From the NCBI RefSeq assembly GCF_009834535.1, contig NC_045696.1, positions 99,016,001-99,080,000 on the forward strand: DNA of 64,000 bases, given 5' to 3'. Shown piece by piece: positions 27,319 to 41,010 of this stretch. Each line of letters opens with the position of its first letter. The stretch's first letter is position 1. The notes under the pieces were generated by a model. The model was not told the origin of the DNA, did no database searches, and worked only from the letters and a program-made list of their open reading frames with translations. Source of the stretch: Camelus ferus (lineage: Eukaryota). The translations under genes were made by a program, and so were the position numbers.

Positions 27319-28849
27319 ACTGGAGAAACTGCACATATTTGAGGTCTAGCTGAGGGGAAGCTGAGTTGAAGATACATTTACTTTGGCTTCATGGGATATA
27401 TTTACAAGGTTTGCAGTCACTTCCACGTGTAGCTAAGTCATTGTTAGTCATACACATTTAGGAAAGGTTTCTATAAAATTTCAACTGCCCACTAAGCTGC
27501 CCTAATACAATGGATAAAAGTGCAGGGCCAGAGATTGTATTGCGATCTGAACATACCCTGTGGTGCCTGGTGCAGGAAGTTGCTTGTGGTCAAGCAGCAA
27601 GAGCCAGAAGTTAGTCTGTGGAAAATTCCTCAAATTCTCAGCCACGAAAATTATTAGCAAATAATTAGGGCATTCGTGAGACACAGTAAAATCCAAAATT
27701 TTCTCCCAGTCAAGAATATACACGATATTTGAGGATTTATAATTAGAAATACACCATACTTTTATTTTAAAAATAAGTACTAGATTTAGAAAGGTAACTT
27801 TTTAAAATGGAGGGGTGCAGGGGGCACAACCTGTGAAGGAAGACCTCTGTAGCATACTTTCTTTTTTCTTTCTTGATGAAAATGGCATATTTGATAAAGC
27901 TAGAATTCAGCATTTTAACTGCAATTTGGAAATGCGTCAGAATGTTTCATTAAAGCAACCAAGAAAATTATAGTTGTCTCATTTGGGGGTATATGAATGT
28001 TCCCTTTTTTTGCCCTCTTAAAATTTATTTAGGTAAAAAAACTGAGAAGAGTCAAAAAATTAGTGAATTACGAAATAAAAGTAAGTTGAGCAACAAAATT
28101 AGTAGAAATTGATAGCTAATATTAATAAAGCTTTTATCAGATCATAGCAGAAGCAGTAATTCACTCAGAAAAGATGTGATTGAGGTAGATAAATTTCAAT
28201 TATAGTCAATATGATTGTCACTGAAAGAAACTGCTAGACTGATAAATCATCATCAGGGAAGTTGTAACGTGGGTGATGGTTTGTTGGAAGGAACACTGGA
28301 AGGACTTAATAAACATGGGTTCCAGCCCAGCTCACTCTTAACCAGTGGTGACACTGGGCTATTTGTGGTTCCTCACTGCTAAAAAAGCCACACAGTTGGG
28401 CCAAGAGTCAATCATCTGACTGAATCTCAAGTTCTCTCTCAATCTCTTTCTCAATTAATCAATTCTGATATTTGTCATGGAGAATAAATTACCATTGTAC
28501 ACCTAGGTGGGACACAATTTCTATAAATTCATGTTGAATATATTCTTCAAAGATAGCATAGCTAATGCACTGACTATTCTGAATTCTTTTTATATGGAAC
28601 AGAGTTCTTGTCCTGCAGGAATCTGTCTTCCCCCATCCCATACACAAGCCACTTCATTCCCCTAAAACACTTTCTCATGTCTCATTGCCAAGGGCATCCA
28701 TCTGTCCTCTGCCTACCAAACTCTGCCTCAGTAATGTGAAATGTTCAAGTTGGGCAAATGGGTTGGAAATTCAGTGCTCATTTCCCAGACTGTGGTGGCG
28801 GCGGTCAAGCGTTAGAGAAACCGTATTCCTGATTTATGCATTCTAGAAC

Positions 28850-29210
28850 ATCAATTAAGAAGGATTGCTCAGATGTGTTCCAAGCCAGAAGGTACTTAAG
28901 CTAAAGGCTTTTACACATTTTATCCACAACTTGGATGATGAAACAGAGATCCTGTTTATCCGTTTTAAGGATAAAATCCTGAAAGAGGGTGTTGCTTATC
29001 CTTTGGAAAATTTGATTAAAATTCAAGAAAATCTAAGTAATTTGGAAAAATAATCAGGAAAAAACTGAGTTACCTAAAGAGACACTGGATGGTACTTTAA
29101 AGTAAATTAAATTATTTAAATGTCAAGTAAAAATGTATTGTGTATGGTTGTGAATAAATTTTAAGGGTCTAGACTGGGGCTGCAAATTGAACAAGAAACA
29201 GCTATATTTC
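28850..29210 (+). mobile_element. CR1/L3 LINE reverse-transcriptase relic
   Basis: ORF 28865-29053 (CVPSQKVL...FIHNLDDETEILFIRFKDK...IQENLSNLEK) aligns by eye with CR1 RT [21 protein letters not shown]...KFADDTKL...IQRDLDRLEKW. Confidence 0.7.
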
Positions 29211-30119
29211 AACCTAGCTTTTTTATCCCCTCAAAATCATTGTGAAACTGGCTGAACTTGGATACATATAAAGAAATAGTTTCAAATTCATCTACAATTG
29301 TATCCTTGAAATTAGTAGAATATTTAAAACAGTAAAAAATTAAATAAATAAAAACACCAGTATCACCAGTAGGAATTTTTCTTTCAAACCTCTCCCTATG
29401 TTGAATATTACTATAGAGACATATTTGGTGCTTGATTGCACAATTAAGAGAAAAAAAAGATAACGTGGAGACAATTCAGAAGAAAATAGAGACACTGGTC
29501 AAAGAATTAGGTGACCATAAAAAGAAATCTTAAGAGGAATTACAATTTTCAAAATGAAAATTAGATGCCTGAGCAATAACACGGTAAGGATTTTGATGTT
29601 TGTGAAATCCATCTAAGATTCTTTTTGTTGAAATTATGAATAGAAAAAAAATTGTTTTAAAAATGGGATTTGGACCTAAGGAAGATATTTGTAACCGTCT
29701 ACTTGTAATCTTGGCTGTAAGTGCAAAGGGCAGTATGCACAGCAAGCCCAGCTGCCCAGGTCTAAAGGTAGCAACCCCTCCCCCCCAACCTCTCCTCCCA
29801 GAACTACAGCTGCCTGAGCCTCTCCTGTCTCCTACTATCCTCTTTTTAAATGCAAATCGCTTGGGAGGGTTTGCCCTTCATTCACTCATTTTATCTAGCA
29901 ATTAACACCTTAGCAACTAGAAACCAAACTGAAAAAGAAAGAGAAACTAGGGGAGGGTGTTGGTGGGTCTGCTGCCCTCCTGGAGATGAGTGGCATGCGG
30001 AGGAAGGAAAGGAGTGTCTGTCAGAAAGGAAGACCGTATCCAAAATGTTGCCCCTCGTTCTCAGCCCATTTCTGGTGCCTGTGCCAGAGGTCACCAACCT
30101 CTGACCTAGCAGAACTCTT

Positions 30120-30245
30120 TTTTTTTTTGTTTTAGTTGAAGTTCAGTCAGTTACAATGTGTCAATTTCTGGCGTATAGCACAATGTCCCAGTCATGCATA
30201 TATTCATTTTCATATTTTTTTCATTAAAGTTTATTACAAGATATT
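30120..30245 (-). mobile_element. Short 5'-truncated L1 3' end (lineage-specific)
   Basis: Poly-T, then ttgaagttcagtcagttacaatgtgtcaatttctggcgtatagca; TSD gaactctt at 30112-30119 / 30246-30253. Confidence 0.85.
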
Positions 30246-31489
30246 GAACTCTTGAATTTAGTATGAAATGATGAAAGAAGGATTAAAGAACTTTCTGGTC
30301 ACAAATTCCAAACCCTGCTTGGAAGAGACACTTTCATCTGTAGTGTTCCAGCGTTGGTAGGAAGGGTGGAAAGTGAATGGCTCGAAAATAGTCAGAGCTC
30401 TTCAACTAAAATTAGTTTCTGGCAGAGCTCTCAGTGACATTGGCCTATATTTCCCAGAACTATTGTTCTTGTGCTTTTGCCTAAGTGTGTTTGCATAGTT
30501 TCCAAAGTCAGGAGCTGACCATAAAGGGGAATAAGAAAAGCCGTGACCAAATGACGGAGAAAATAAAATCCATCTGACTAAAATTCTAGTGCCTATATTT
30601 CATTAATCATCACTTCAGGAATGTAAGACTCCTCTGTGAGGATACACAGCAAGCTTTGCTTTGTGTCCCTGACACACACTATTAAAAACTGCCTCCTAGC
30701 CAAGAAGAGTTGGCTTACACCCACGCGAAGGAACTCTCATTACTCACAGGGAGTGTGGAGTCCTTTGCCCTAGGTGTGTGCTGCTTTTCTGGACTGACAT
30801 CCATTACAATTCTGTTTCCATTCTCCAATGTGGTTACGCACTGTCAACTTTTAGTTTTAGGCAACTAAACTATACCCAGTTGAAAAGTTGGAAAATGGGC
30901 AGACATAGCTCTTACAGTCATATGATATACATATTCATCAAAAGGTTTTGAAAGACTCATGAAAAAGTGGAGAGTACACTGCCCTAGGATGGCTGAATAT
31001 TACATGCGGTCCACTGGAGTGAAAAATTACTGAGCACGCACTCAAACAGTGTAACTCTCTGATCAGCTTCATTTTGAAGAGCTGCGTTTACACAAACCAC
31101 ACACATAGTCATTCTGACTGAGGAAACAAGGATACAATCATTTATCAAAACATATTTCTGAAAACTTTACTTGACCAAAACGTAAATTAGTAGTGGAATC
31201 TTCACGGCAGAACACACTGATTTACTATGCTTGGCATCCCAATTAACCTTAACAAAACGGCGGTCTTTTCTCACTCTTTCTACAAAGTGTATATGACCAC
31301 TCCATTTCCAATATTTGTCATGAAACCCAAGCCAGCCCTTCCGAGGACATTTCAATTTTTGTATTGGCCTTTTCTTTAAGTCTGTAAAATGTTTTAAAGT
31401 CAGAAAGTAGGGAGGAAGGAAGGAGGTTTTGGAGTGAAGAAAGCAAGGGGTAAGATATAAAGTTAAGTGCTTCCTCTCTGTTAATAAAG

Positions 31490-31710
31490 TATATTTCTCT
31501 TTTTCTTTCTTTTTTCTTCCTTCCTTCCTATCTTTCTTTCTACCTTCCTCCTACCCTTCCTCCTTCCCTCCCTCCCTTCCTTTCTTTTCTTCTTTCTTTC
31601 TGTGAAGGTGGGGATTTAGGTCTGCCTTGTTCATTGCTGTATCCTCAATGTTCAAAACAGTGTCAAGCAGACAGCAGTGATCAGAGAACATGTGTTCAAT
31701 GAATGAATGA
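31490..31710 (+). mobile_element. Pyrimidine-rich low-complexity tract followed by an L2 3' end
   Basis: CT-rich run 31490-31600; cttgttcattgctgtatcctca...aatgaatgaatga L2 tail. Confidence 0.65.
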
Positions 31711-31989
31711 GGTTTTTCTCTGTAAATGACATTCAATGAGTATTTTTCTAAGTATTACTTCTTGATAGTAGAAAAAGCTGTTAATAATATTTACTGAAAA
31801 AATCTTTTTTTTTCCACCCAGGAAAGAATCTCTTTACAGAGTACATAAATTCCAGAGGAACACACATGAACAGGTGAGAGACAAAAGTAATGTCCTCTCC
31901 ACATCTACATTTCTCCACTGCCCAGATAAACTCAGATTCGGAGATCAGTGTGTAACGATGATGCAGACTTCATTGAACTGCTCTCCACA

Positions 31990-32720
31990 AAGATTATTAA
32001 ACATCCATGTGTATAAGGAGCTATGCTGTGAGCCATGTGCACAGGTGAGGAAGGCGAGGACCTTATATTCGAATTACTCTGGTAAGGGAGACGGCTACAT
32101 AAACAAATAGTTGCAACGCGGTGTACAAAGTACAATAACAGAAGTGATTAACTGTGTTTGGAGGCGCTGACCGGTAGGGTAGATTTCTTAGAGAATATTG
32201 TGACAGATGTCACAGAAGACGTTTTGACTGTCTGCATGTGAAATAGGAGCTTGCTAAGCAGACAAGATCAGAAAGGCCATTCCAGACAGAGAACAGCATG
32301 AGCAGCAGTGTGAGGGCAAGAAACCAGCTAACACGTTTGGGAAACCACAAGTCAGTTCTGTAAACGTGAGGAGCAATGGAAGTTGCATTTGGAGAGATAA
32401 ACTGATATGAATTCTAAAGGTGATGGAAAATAGAAGGGCCTAAAAAACCAGGGCTTAATATGATCAGATTTGCATTTAAGAAAGATACCCTAACTCCAGT
32501 GGAGAAGAGATGTAAATGGAGTGTGACCAAGGAATGGAATATAGAAAAAGGAACATGTTTACGGGCTTGGGAGCAGGGAGGACAGAGCTCAGATATCTGT
32601 GAATACCTAGATGTACATCACTCTACAGTTTAGGAGAAATTTCTGAGCTAAAAATGCAGGTTGAGGAATATTTGTTATCTAAGCGGTCATTACATCCATG
32701 GTATATGACAAAGTTATGAT
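31990..32720 (-). mobile_element. L2 LINE fragment
   Basis: Reverse-strand L2-like sequence (ggccattccagacagagaacagcatgagc, atgatcagatttgcattt). Confidence 0.6.
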
Positions 32721-32737
32721 GAGAAAAAGCTAGAGAG

Positions 32738-32827
32738 TATGCATCTATTAAAATTCATCAAATTGTTTATCTGAAATATGTGTAGTTTACTGTACAGGAA
32801 CCATGCCATAATAAAGGTGTTTAAAAA
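32738..32827 (+). mobile_element. 90-bp L1 3'-terminal fragment with perfect 16-bp TSD
   Basis: agaaaaagctagagag at 32722-32737 and 32828-32843 flanks an L1MC/MD-like tail ending aataaa...aaaaaa. Confidence 0.75.
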
Positions 32828-33179
32828 AGAAAAAGCTAGAGAGCTAAGAGAAATAGAAAGAATAAAGAGAGATGAAAAGAACCCAGGGAAAGACATACAA
32901 AAGTAGTGGGCATAGAGGTGTGACAGGAACCAGGCGTTCAATTACTTATACTGTAAATACATCCACCTCCCTTATTTCTACAGTTTGAAATCTTTAGAAA
33001 GTAAGCATGTTTCATATGCTTAGATATTAGTTAGATATTTTGATTGTTTAGAACAAGAGTGTAAAGAAACTAATTTTCTTAGAGGGCATGAAATCATCTC
33101 GCCATCAAGACCTGAGCCCGTTGGCTCCTGATTTTACCTATAGGCAAAAGTTTTTGTTTCTTTTTTTTAAATACCACTT

Positions 33180-33370
33180 GACATTCATATAGTGTTTATT
33201 GTATATAAAGTTTTTTCATATGCATCCAGCTTATTATTAATTCTTACAACAAGTCTGTAAGGTAGGAATTATTTTCAAATGGAGAGATCTGAGGTTCAAA
33301 GCTCAAGTAACCAATCCGGGAGAAGCTCCCAGGACTTCTAACTGAGTCCTATGTTGTGTCTACCAATATG
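33180..33370 (-). mobile_element. MIR SINE
   Basis: aattcttacaacaagtctgtaaggtagg...aaatggagagatctgaggttca. Confidence 0.65.
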
Positions 33371-35207
33371 ATACTGAGTCCAAGGAGTAAAAATCTTTTA
33401 TTCATCTAAAACAACTTGGCTTTCTTAAAAAACCAAGATGATTTGCATGTTGGCAACTCCACGTGCTGCTTAAATTACATCTTTAGGATTTAGTCTGTTG
33501 GCATAGACGATAACTTTTCAGCTGAAAAGACACTCGGATGATAACACAGTATACCACAAGGCTTAAGGGGATGTGCTGAAGACTCACCATAGTATTACAA
33601 AGACCCTTTAAAATTTCAGAGAGCTTGGCTGAAGTGTCTGCTTAACCCAGAAGTCTTTGTCAACTAGAGTAAAACGGCCCCACCTGACTGGGCATGGTCA
33701 TGAAATTCGCATGAGAATGTGTGGCCAATCAGCTTGCAAGGTGTGGAGAAAAGAGAACATTTTACCTTCCGCTCAAGGGAAAAGCCCATGTTCTTGGTGC
33801 AATTGGTCACGGCCCGATTTCTAAATACTCTAAGACCGGCCAAAGCTATGCTCTCAGTCTTCAAAGAAACACTCCCATGACAGAAGCCACCGATTCTGAA
33901 CTCGCTATCCCTCCAGACTCTCAGCCTGGGGGACCCCAGTCTCCCCTGCTGTGTGACTCACCATCCGACTGACTGTGGACAGCCTCTGGTTTCAGCTCTG
34001 CTTTACTATCATTTTAGTGCTGGCAGCTCTTCGCCAAGCAACCCCAAATCAACTCTGCTGGCTTGAAGGCCCTGGAATTAGCCCAGCGTTCTGGAGAGGA
34101 GGATGGGCAGAGGAGGCCAAACCAGGCCACTGCAGCCAGGTTACCACACCTACCCTTCACTGATGCAATTCTAATCTGATTAGGATTTTTTTAGACACTT
34201 TTGTGCCACTGTATAGTTGTTTTTTAAGACTAATTAAATATCCATTTTTTATGTAAACCAGACTTTGAAATTATAGATCATTTTAACAGAACAAACACAA
34301 GAATCTTTGACATAATGGTAATATGAGTGTATGTATACAGTTATTCAGAGATGAAATCCTCTGTGCATTGAAAGAAAATATTCTTTGCATCCATTACTTG
34401 CATTTTCTCTTAAAGTTAACTTTTAAGTCATCAAATTTCAGATTTCAGGTAAACTTTTCTTTTTTTTTATGTGAAATAACACAGCAGATTTGTTTAATAA
34501 AGTTGATTAATAAAGTCAATTCAGTAATTGCATGGGTCTCACCAACAGTTCCAAAGACATTTTTTTACAAAAGGCAGAGAGGTTAAAGAAAATCCATTGT
34601 TTCAAAGAGAAATAGTCTCTTAAACCCTGGTAAGTATCAATTACTATTCACAGTACTGTCTAAACAGAAAGAAATTTCTTGACTCAATATAGTTCCTTGA
34701 AAAGTTTCAGTTAGAAAGTATTATGCACCATTACACATGGAATGATTGAGCCAAATCTTTTGTGTCAAAAACCAGTCATTTAATAGTTTTTATTGGAAGA
34801 ATCTTCTACTATTATTTTAAGATCTTTTTTAATTATACACGGAAAATTTATATTCAGCCAGAAAAATTTTACCTTCTCCCTAATCCACCATTTTAATAGA
34901 AACATTTCCTCTAGCAATTATTTCTTCTCATTGTTTCTGTATTTTTAAAATTTAAAGCTTAAAATTATAGGAGAGGATGAAATAAAAAGTACTTTCAGTA
35001 TCTAGTGATCTGAAAATGACCTTATACTTTTAAACTAATTTTCCTAGGCTCTGCATTAATTGCTGTATGTATTCATGGTTGTAACTATAGACAGAATGCC
35101 TGCTAGAGTCTGCAGCAGGATAACACAATTAGAAAAATCTATGAATTCTCTTCCTGTTTATACTTCAGTTTTAAAGGTTAAATGTTTGTTTAAGACACTT
35201 TGTGTGT

Positions 35208-35372
35208 GTGTCTTTTTTTGTTGTTTTTTTGAGGGGGGAGGTAATTAGATTTATGTATTTATGTATGTATGTATGTATGTATGTATTAATGGAGGTACTG
35301 GGGATTGAACCCAGGACCTCATGTATGATAGGCATGCACTCTACCACTGAGCTATACCCTACCCTCCCACAT
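35208..35372 (-). mobile_element. tRNA-derived camelid SINE (Vic-1-like)
   Basis: ggaggtactggggattgaacccaggacctc...gcatgcactctaccactgagctatacc; internal (ATGT)n; TSD acactttgtgtgt (35195-35207) / acactttatgtgt (35373-35385). Confidence 0.9.
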
Positions 35373-36159
35373 ACACTTTATGTGTTAATCAGAGATGTTT
35401 CTGCATGACTGTGGATTGGTTTTCTTCTTGGTATGAAATATAAGTGTATGAAAATCAAATAAGCATAAGGAAACCAAACCTGGTTTCATTTATCATATGG
35501 CAATGAACATTACAGAGCCTGTGGAATAAATAAATAATTCAATCCACTCCACTTAAAATACATCTGCGGCTTGTCTACATGGTGGCAGCGTTCTATACTA
35601 TCTTCTTAAAGCTTGAATCTAATAAGTAAACCACACACACACACACACACAACACACACAGGTAATGTGCAGAGTCAGACTTGTGGAGGGTGTGTTTAAG
35701 GGTAAAGACACTGCCCACTTTGCCTCTAGCACAGGCAGGGCTGGTCCCCAGTCAGCAGGCACCGGCACAGCAGTCCCATTTGCTTAAATGGTGACGCACA
35801 TCCATACTGGAGTACCCTCCTTCACCTGGGCTGCTGAAGCGCCTCCCCCAATATCCCCAAGGTCTAGAAGGAAAGAGTTGAAGTTGCCCAGCAGGAGACC
35901 CTGTTGGCTGCACGGTGGGGACTTCTGTTTTTTCTAGTTGGTTGGTGCCTGTGATTGGAAGCCCCGTCTGCCCACTCATGTGATCTCCTGAGTATCCATC
36001 CTGAGAACAAGGTGTAGGTACCCGGAGATAAGATAAAGTGAACTGGAAGTAGATCAAAGATGAATATGTTGGAAATGTCATCTGAAAACTATTCCTGAAG
36101 ACTGGGATCAAAACCTCAAATGCTCCAGGAGTTAAGCAAATAATATAAATCAGCCAGAG

Positions 36160-36415
36160 GAGGACTGTGGCCAACCGGAGGGTGTGTGCCCTCTGCAAGC
36201 CAGAAATTGCTGCTCCCCAGCCCACTGTTATGAAATCATTTAATGTTTCAAGTGACCCTGGAAATCTGAATCTGTATGTGAAATCTACTGACTTCTAAGT
36301 ATTCACAATTAATGTAAGCAAAAATCAAAACCCAAACCAAAACGCTGAGCAAGTTAAACCACATATATCTACTAGTGTGATTCACCTTGAAGTCCAGTAG
36401 CTTGCAATTTCTGAC
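36160..36415 (-). mobile_element. hAT-Charlie DNA transposon fragment (Charlie4/MER80-like)
   Basis: ggactgtggccaaccggag...gaaatctgaatctgtatgtgaaatct...gcttgcaatttctg end. Confidence 0.55.
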
Positions 36416-36817
36416 TTAAAATCTTCATTCTTTTCTGGTGATGTGTGAACCTGTGCTTTCTCTTTTGACCTAAATAGTACAAGTAGGGAAAAAAAAAATC
36501 AGTGTTTTATGGCCCTTGTAATTTCATCAGTTCATAATTACACAAAATGCTATAGATTTGTAGAGCTTGGATGCAATCAGGTGGGTTGAACTCATCTCAC
36601 AAATTGAAATAGTAGGCATTCATGTGGCCAAGCAAAAAAGCATAATGTTTTAAGGTTACAGGTCATAAATTGATTCCTTCCCCCACCCATTTTTAAATAC
36701 CCACAGTATATTATTCTATAGAAACATAAATTGATGTTCATTTTGCCCCTGCCTTAATAAAACTCTGATATAAATTCTGGTCTAGGATTTGTACCTAAAG
36801 AAAATCAGGTAAATTCT

Positions 36818-36823
36818 AAAAAG

Positions 36824-36888
<65 letters not shown>
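36818..36888. repeat. Poly-A plus (TA)n microsatellite
   Basis: Direct inspection. Confidence 0.95.
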
Positions 36889-36893
<5 letters not shown>

Positions 36894-37364
36894 ACAAATA
36901 GTTAAATGCAATAAAAACAGAACATTCTTGTCCACTTTTTCATTTACACAAAATGAAGACCAGAAGAGCATCACTGCCAAAGCAGAAGTGGAAGAAGAAT
37001 CAGAATCTAATGCAGGGGGTTCTTGGCTCTTCCATGAAATTTTTCCCTCCACTGTAATGAGGAAACAGTGGTTCCAAAGCAGTGCTTAGGATGATGACAA
37101 TCTATTTGGTACTTAAAAAAAAATCTATCTCTGAACATAAATGAAATGTTAGTGGAGGGGTGAAGAATGTAGAGAGTTGTGATGTTTCGAAACTTCCAAC
37201 TGACAGGCAGTGTGGATACGAGTTTGTGTATAATGCAAGCCAGTGAAGCCAGAATTCAGGCATCAGAAAGACCTCTGTCTTCTACTAACTGAGTGGCTTA
37301 AAACAAGCTATTTAACCTCTCTAAAGGTCAATTTTCTATTCTGTTAAATCGGAATAAAAATGTC

Positions 37365-37883
37365 TGTAATAGGGAAGAACAAATCTGACTCCATATTAGA
37401 TCTGGTCTTTTCTCTCTAACCCTGTGCTCTGTTTCCTGTGCTTAGTCATGCTGGTTCTGCACCGTTTGTAAAAGAATGTTGCCTATAGCCTGAAATATAC
37501 AGGACAGCCCATTCTCAAGGCTCTGGTCTTTAAGAGTATAATGCTTTTCCATTCATATACAGATTAAAAAGTTGCAGAACAGATAATAACATTTGTCTTA
37601 TTGGAGGTTTATGGGAACGTCATGGCCTGATCTTCATGGACAGTGGCAAGAACAAAGGATTACAACACCAAGAAGTTTGCAACAACCAACCACACCCCCT
37701 CCCCTTTTAGTATAAAAGGGGCCTGAATTCTGACTTGGGCAAGATGGTTCTCTGGGACACCAGTCTACTATCTTCTTGGTGATCTGACTTTCTGAATAAA
37801 GTTGCTATCTTTGCCTCAACAACTTGTCTCTCAATTTACTGGCCTGTCGTGTGGTGAGCAGTATGAGCTTGGACTTGGTAACG
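37365..37883 (+). mobile_element. ERV1-class solo LTR inserted into a MIR (MIR halves ~37240-37360 and ~37888-37960)
   Basis: tgtaatagggaagaac...ggtaac(g) termini, TATAAAA at 37711, AATAAA at 37795, 4-bp TSD tgtc/tgcc. Confidence 0.85.
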
Positions 37884-38544
37884 TGCCTACTGAAAATGTT
37901 GTAAGACTCAAGTGAGATTACAAAGGATTTACAAAGACTTAAATATATTTAGCATGGTGTTGGGACCACATTGATTCTCCTGATACCTCACCCAGCCAAC
38001 TGATACACAACAAAAACTGCAGTTATTTGCAGCCAAGAAGCAAGTGAGATATTAGAAATAAGCTTGCCAGTGAGCACAAAGAGAAGTTGCTGGCCCAGAT
38101 TAGCTCTCCTGCCCACACAGCTGATCCATTACCAAGAAATCTACTCTTTGGGAATAGAAGACCCTTCTTATCTCTTTCTTATTTCCTCTTCCCCTTCCCC
38201 CAGCTCTAGATCATTAAATAGTCTCAGAAGGAATAATGTCTTAAAGTTTATTGACTCAGTTTAGCAGGGATTAATTTTGTGACCATGGCAGAGTGACAAA
38301 AAGTACCTGGGGATAGGAGCTAATATATCCTCTAAACAGGCTCCTGAATGAACAAATGAATGAATGAATGAGATGCCTGTAGCTAGACAGGCTCCCCCAG
38401 ATGGCCAAAGAGGGAAGACTTCAAGAATTAAGCAAAGCCAAAGACTCAGGACCAGTCCTATCTGATCAACGGGTATGGTATACGAAGAGCAGGAGCTGTT
38501 CTTCATTGCCTGCTGGTTCTGTTCCAATTGTGTATAAAGTGCAT

Positions 38545-38725
38545 TTATAACAACGGTTTATTGAATCCTTATACTAACCTTTAGGAAGGTAACTATTATC
38601 CCCACTTAGCAGATGTGGAAATGGGAGCTAAGGAGGAGGAAGTAACGTGCACTGCATTCAACAGCGTGTCAGAACTGAGCTGTAAGTCAAGTTCTAGTTG
38701 AATTGCAAAGCCTGTATTCTCAACC
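38545..38725 (-). mobile_element. MIR SINE
   Basis: actattatccccacttagcagatgtggaaatgggagct...aagtaacgtgc. Confidence 0.7.
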
Positions 38726-40254
38726 AATTCTGTTTCCAGTCCCCTTCACAATGGAAGAGAATGCACTTCTAGCCTGATGGTTTAAGATACTCAAGCAGTT
38801 CTTTCCATCAAAAGTATAGAAACTTATGAAAAGTAGTGCTTGATGGAGGGAAAGAAAGAATCTACCCATTTGGTTTGGGAGAAACAGCCATGAGAGAAGG
38901 AAGAAAGGGAAAGAGGCAGCAGCCTTGGATAGAGGGGAAATGTGGGAGAGGTGAGAAAGAATTAGTCAGAGGGAGGTGGGAGAGAGAGAGAGAGAGAAAG
39001 AAAGAATTCCTTCATCCTAGGGGAGTAGAAGTGCTAACAGAGCAAGCTGGGGAGGGGGCAGGTGATAAAGGAGGGACATGATAAGAGGGAGGCCGTGGTG
39101 ACAGTAAAGGGATCCAGTTCACATGGCGCTGATCAGGAGCTGTGCTAGCCGAACAGCTGTTCAGAGAATTTCAACAGCCTCCGAATTGCTCCCCAGTCCC
39201 AATGGGGCTCTCCCAGTTCCAATCTCTGAAGCTCAAGGTTGGAGGAGCCGTTCAGTTATCTCCTATTCGTTTTCTTATCTAAATCAGCCTGCTGAGGAAG
39301 GATCAGTTCAGGAGGGAGTACACTTATGCTTTGAGAAATGGAATTAGGATATGCCTCTTTCCAACTGTACTGAATACAAAAAGAGAAAAAGGGCATTCTT
39401 GTGAAGTCGCTTTTCCTATATATTTGGAGATACATTTCACATTATAGTATGTCATTGTTCTAAATTATTGTTCATGCTCTGCTCATCATTCATTGAAATT
39501 TCTCAAATCCTGTGACTGTGATTATGTTTTCAGATGCCACTGTAGGCAGGAAGCAGTATTTTGGATTTGGACGCAGAGAGAAAATGACATAAACAAAATA
39601 AACTCATACTCCATCACATTTTTGGCTTAAATTTTACTGGACATCATCACTAATGCATTCTGCCAATAAATACCAAATATTCTGCTAAAAACAACAACAA
39701 CAAAAATGTGTCTGAGTATCTTCCTAGAGTGTGGCTGGATATCCAAAGCCAGACTTCAGTAAAAAAATTCAGAGATCATGCAGAATTTTGAACTCAGATG
39801 CTCCCCTCATATACGTGGCATCATTCTAAGTTAGTCAATAGGAATCTAGGCTCTTACCCATCAATCTGATGCTGCAGCTGTTCATGGAGGGTATTCTGTT
39901 GCTCACTGAAACAGAAATTAGATGAAGATTTAGAATATGGTTTCAAAACATATATCTCACATGGAAATGGAAATATTTAAATATCACATTGAATATTTAA
40001 CATGTAATTTGTCCTGAAAATTATTTCACAAAATGGGTTCTAGACATCACTTTGCTTGCGTGTTCTTTCCTTAAATATTGTGATTAGTGTGTGCGTGTGA
40101 ATTTACATTGCATGACCACTTGAGGGTCACCATTAGGTTAATATTTTTAAGAGCCCTGAAAAGGTTCTCGTTCTTAATATGTTTCCCACATTTTCTGAAC
40201 GCTGCACCCGCGGTCGTGCTAACAGAAGATACTCATCATCTCTAGGCATCCAGC

Positions 40255-40470
40255 AGAACAGCTGGTGCCCAGGAGCAAGGATTTTGGCATCAGAAATCCA
40301 AGCTCCACTGCTCACTAACTGTATGAATGTGGGCAATCTCTCAAACCTTAATTTCAATATCTGTAAGATCGATGACAATTGTAAATCACCTCAAGGGTTA
40401 TCATGAGGTTTAAATAAATTGGTGCATACAAGCAGCTCACAATATGCTTTTTACTAGGCATTTTTGGACA
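40255..40470 (+). mobile_element. MIR SINE
   Basis: aaatccaagctccactgctcactaactgtatgaatgtgggcaa...atctgtaagat. Confidence 0.7.
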
Positions 40471-40774
40471 TATTTTAGCTTTTCAAAGTTATTACCAATA
40501 ATAATAATCACTTTTATTACCAGAAATAATAGTGAAAATGAAAATCTTGCTGGAAGAGTCAGCATACCAACTCAAATTTAAACCAATATTTAATGACTAT
40601 CAAATATTTAGGAACTGCAGGAGAGAAGGAGGGGGTGAGAGTATTGACCCCAGAAACAGCTGCAGAAAAAATGCTGGAGGAATTGAATACCCACCATCAT
40701 GAGAATTATTACCTGTAATCTATTAGACTTTTCCTTTAATGACTGAAAAAAGTTTTTTTCTTCTTATGCTTTTA

Positions 40775-41010
40775 TCAGGAAGTTGATAGACTAGAAAGAG
40801 CATGACCTTTAAAGACATGCAGATCTATGTTTGACTCTCAATTAAAATGTATAAACTATCAACATTGAAACCTGGACAAATCACTTCCCTGAAGCTCAGT
40901 TTCTTCACCTACAAAATGGGAACGAGATTAACTATCTCACAGACATTCCAGACTTGAGTAATCAAGTGTCTAGCACCATTCCTGGCACACAGTAGGCACT
41001 CAAAACACGT
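40775..41010 (+). mobile_element. MIR SINE
   Basis: cacttccctgaagctcagtttcttcacctacaaaatggg...cctggcacacagtaggcactca. Confidence 0.75.

Noticed and set aside
35752..36225. Longest ORF in the track (157 aa)
   Set aside because: Non-ATG start inside a DNA-transposon fragment, no recognisable domain, length compatible with chance
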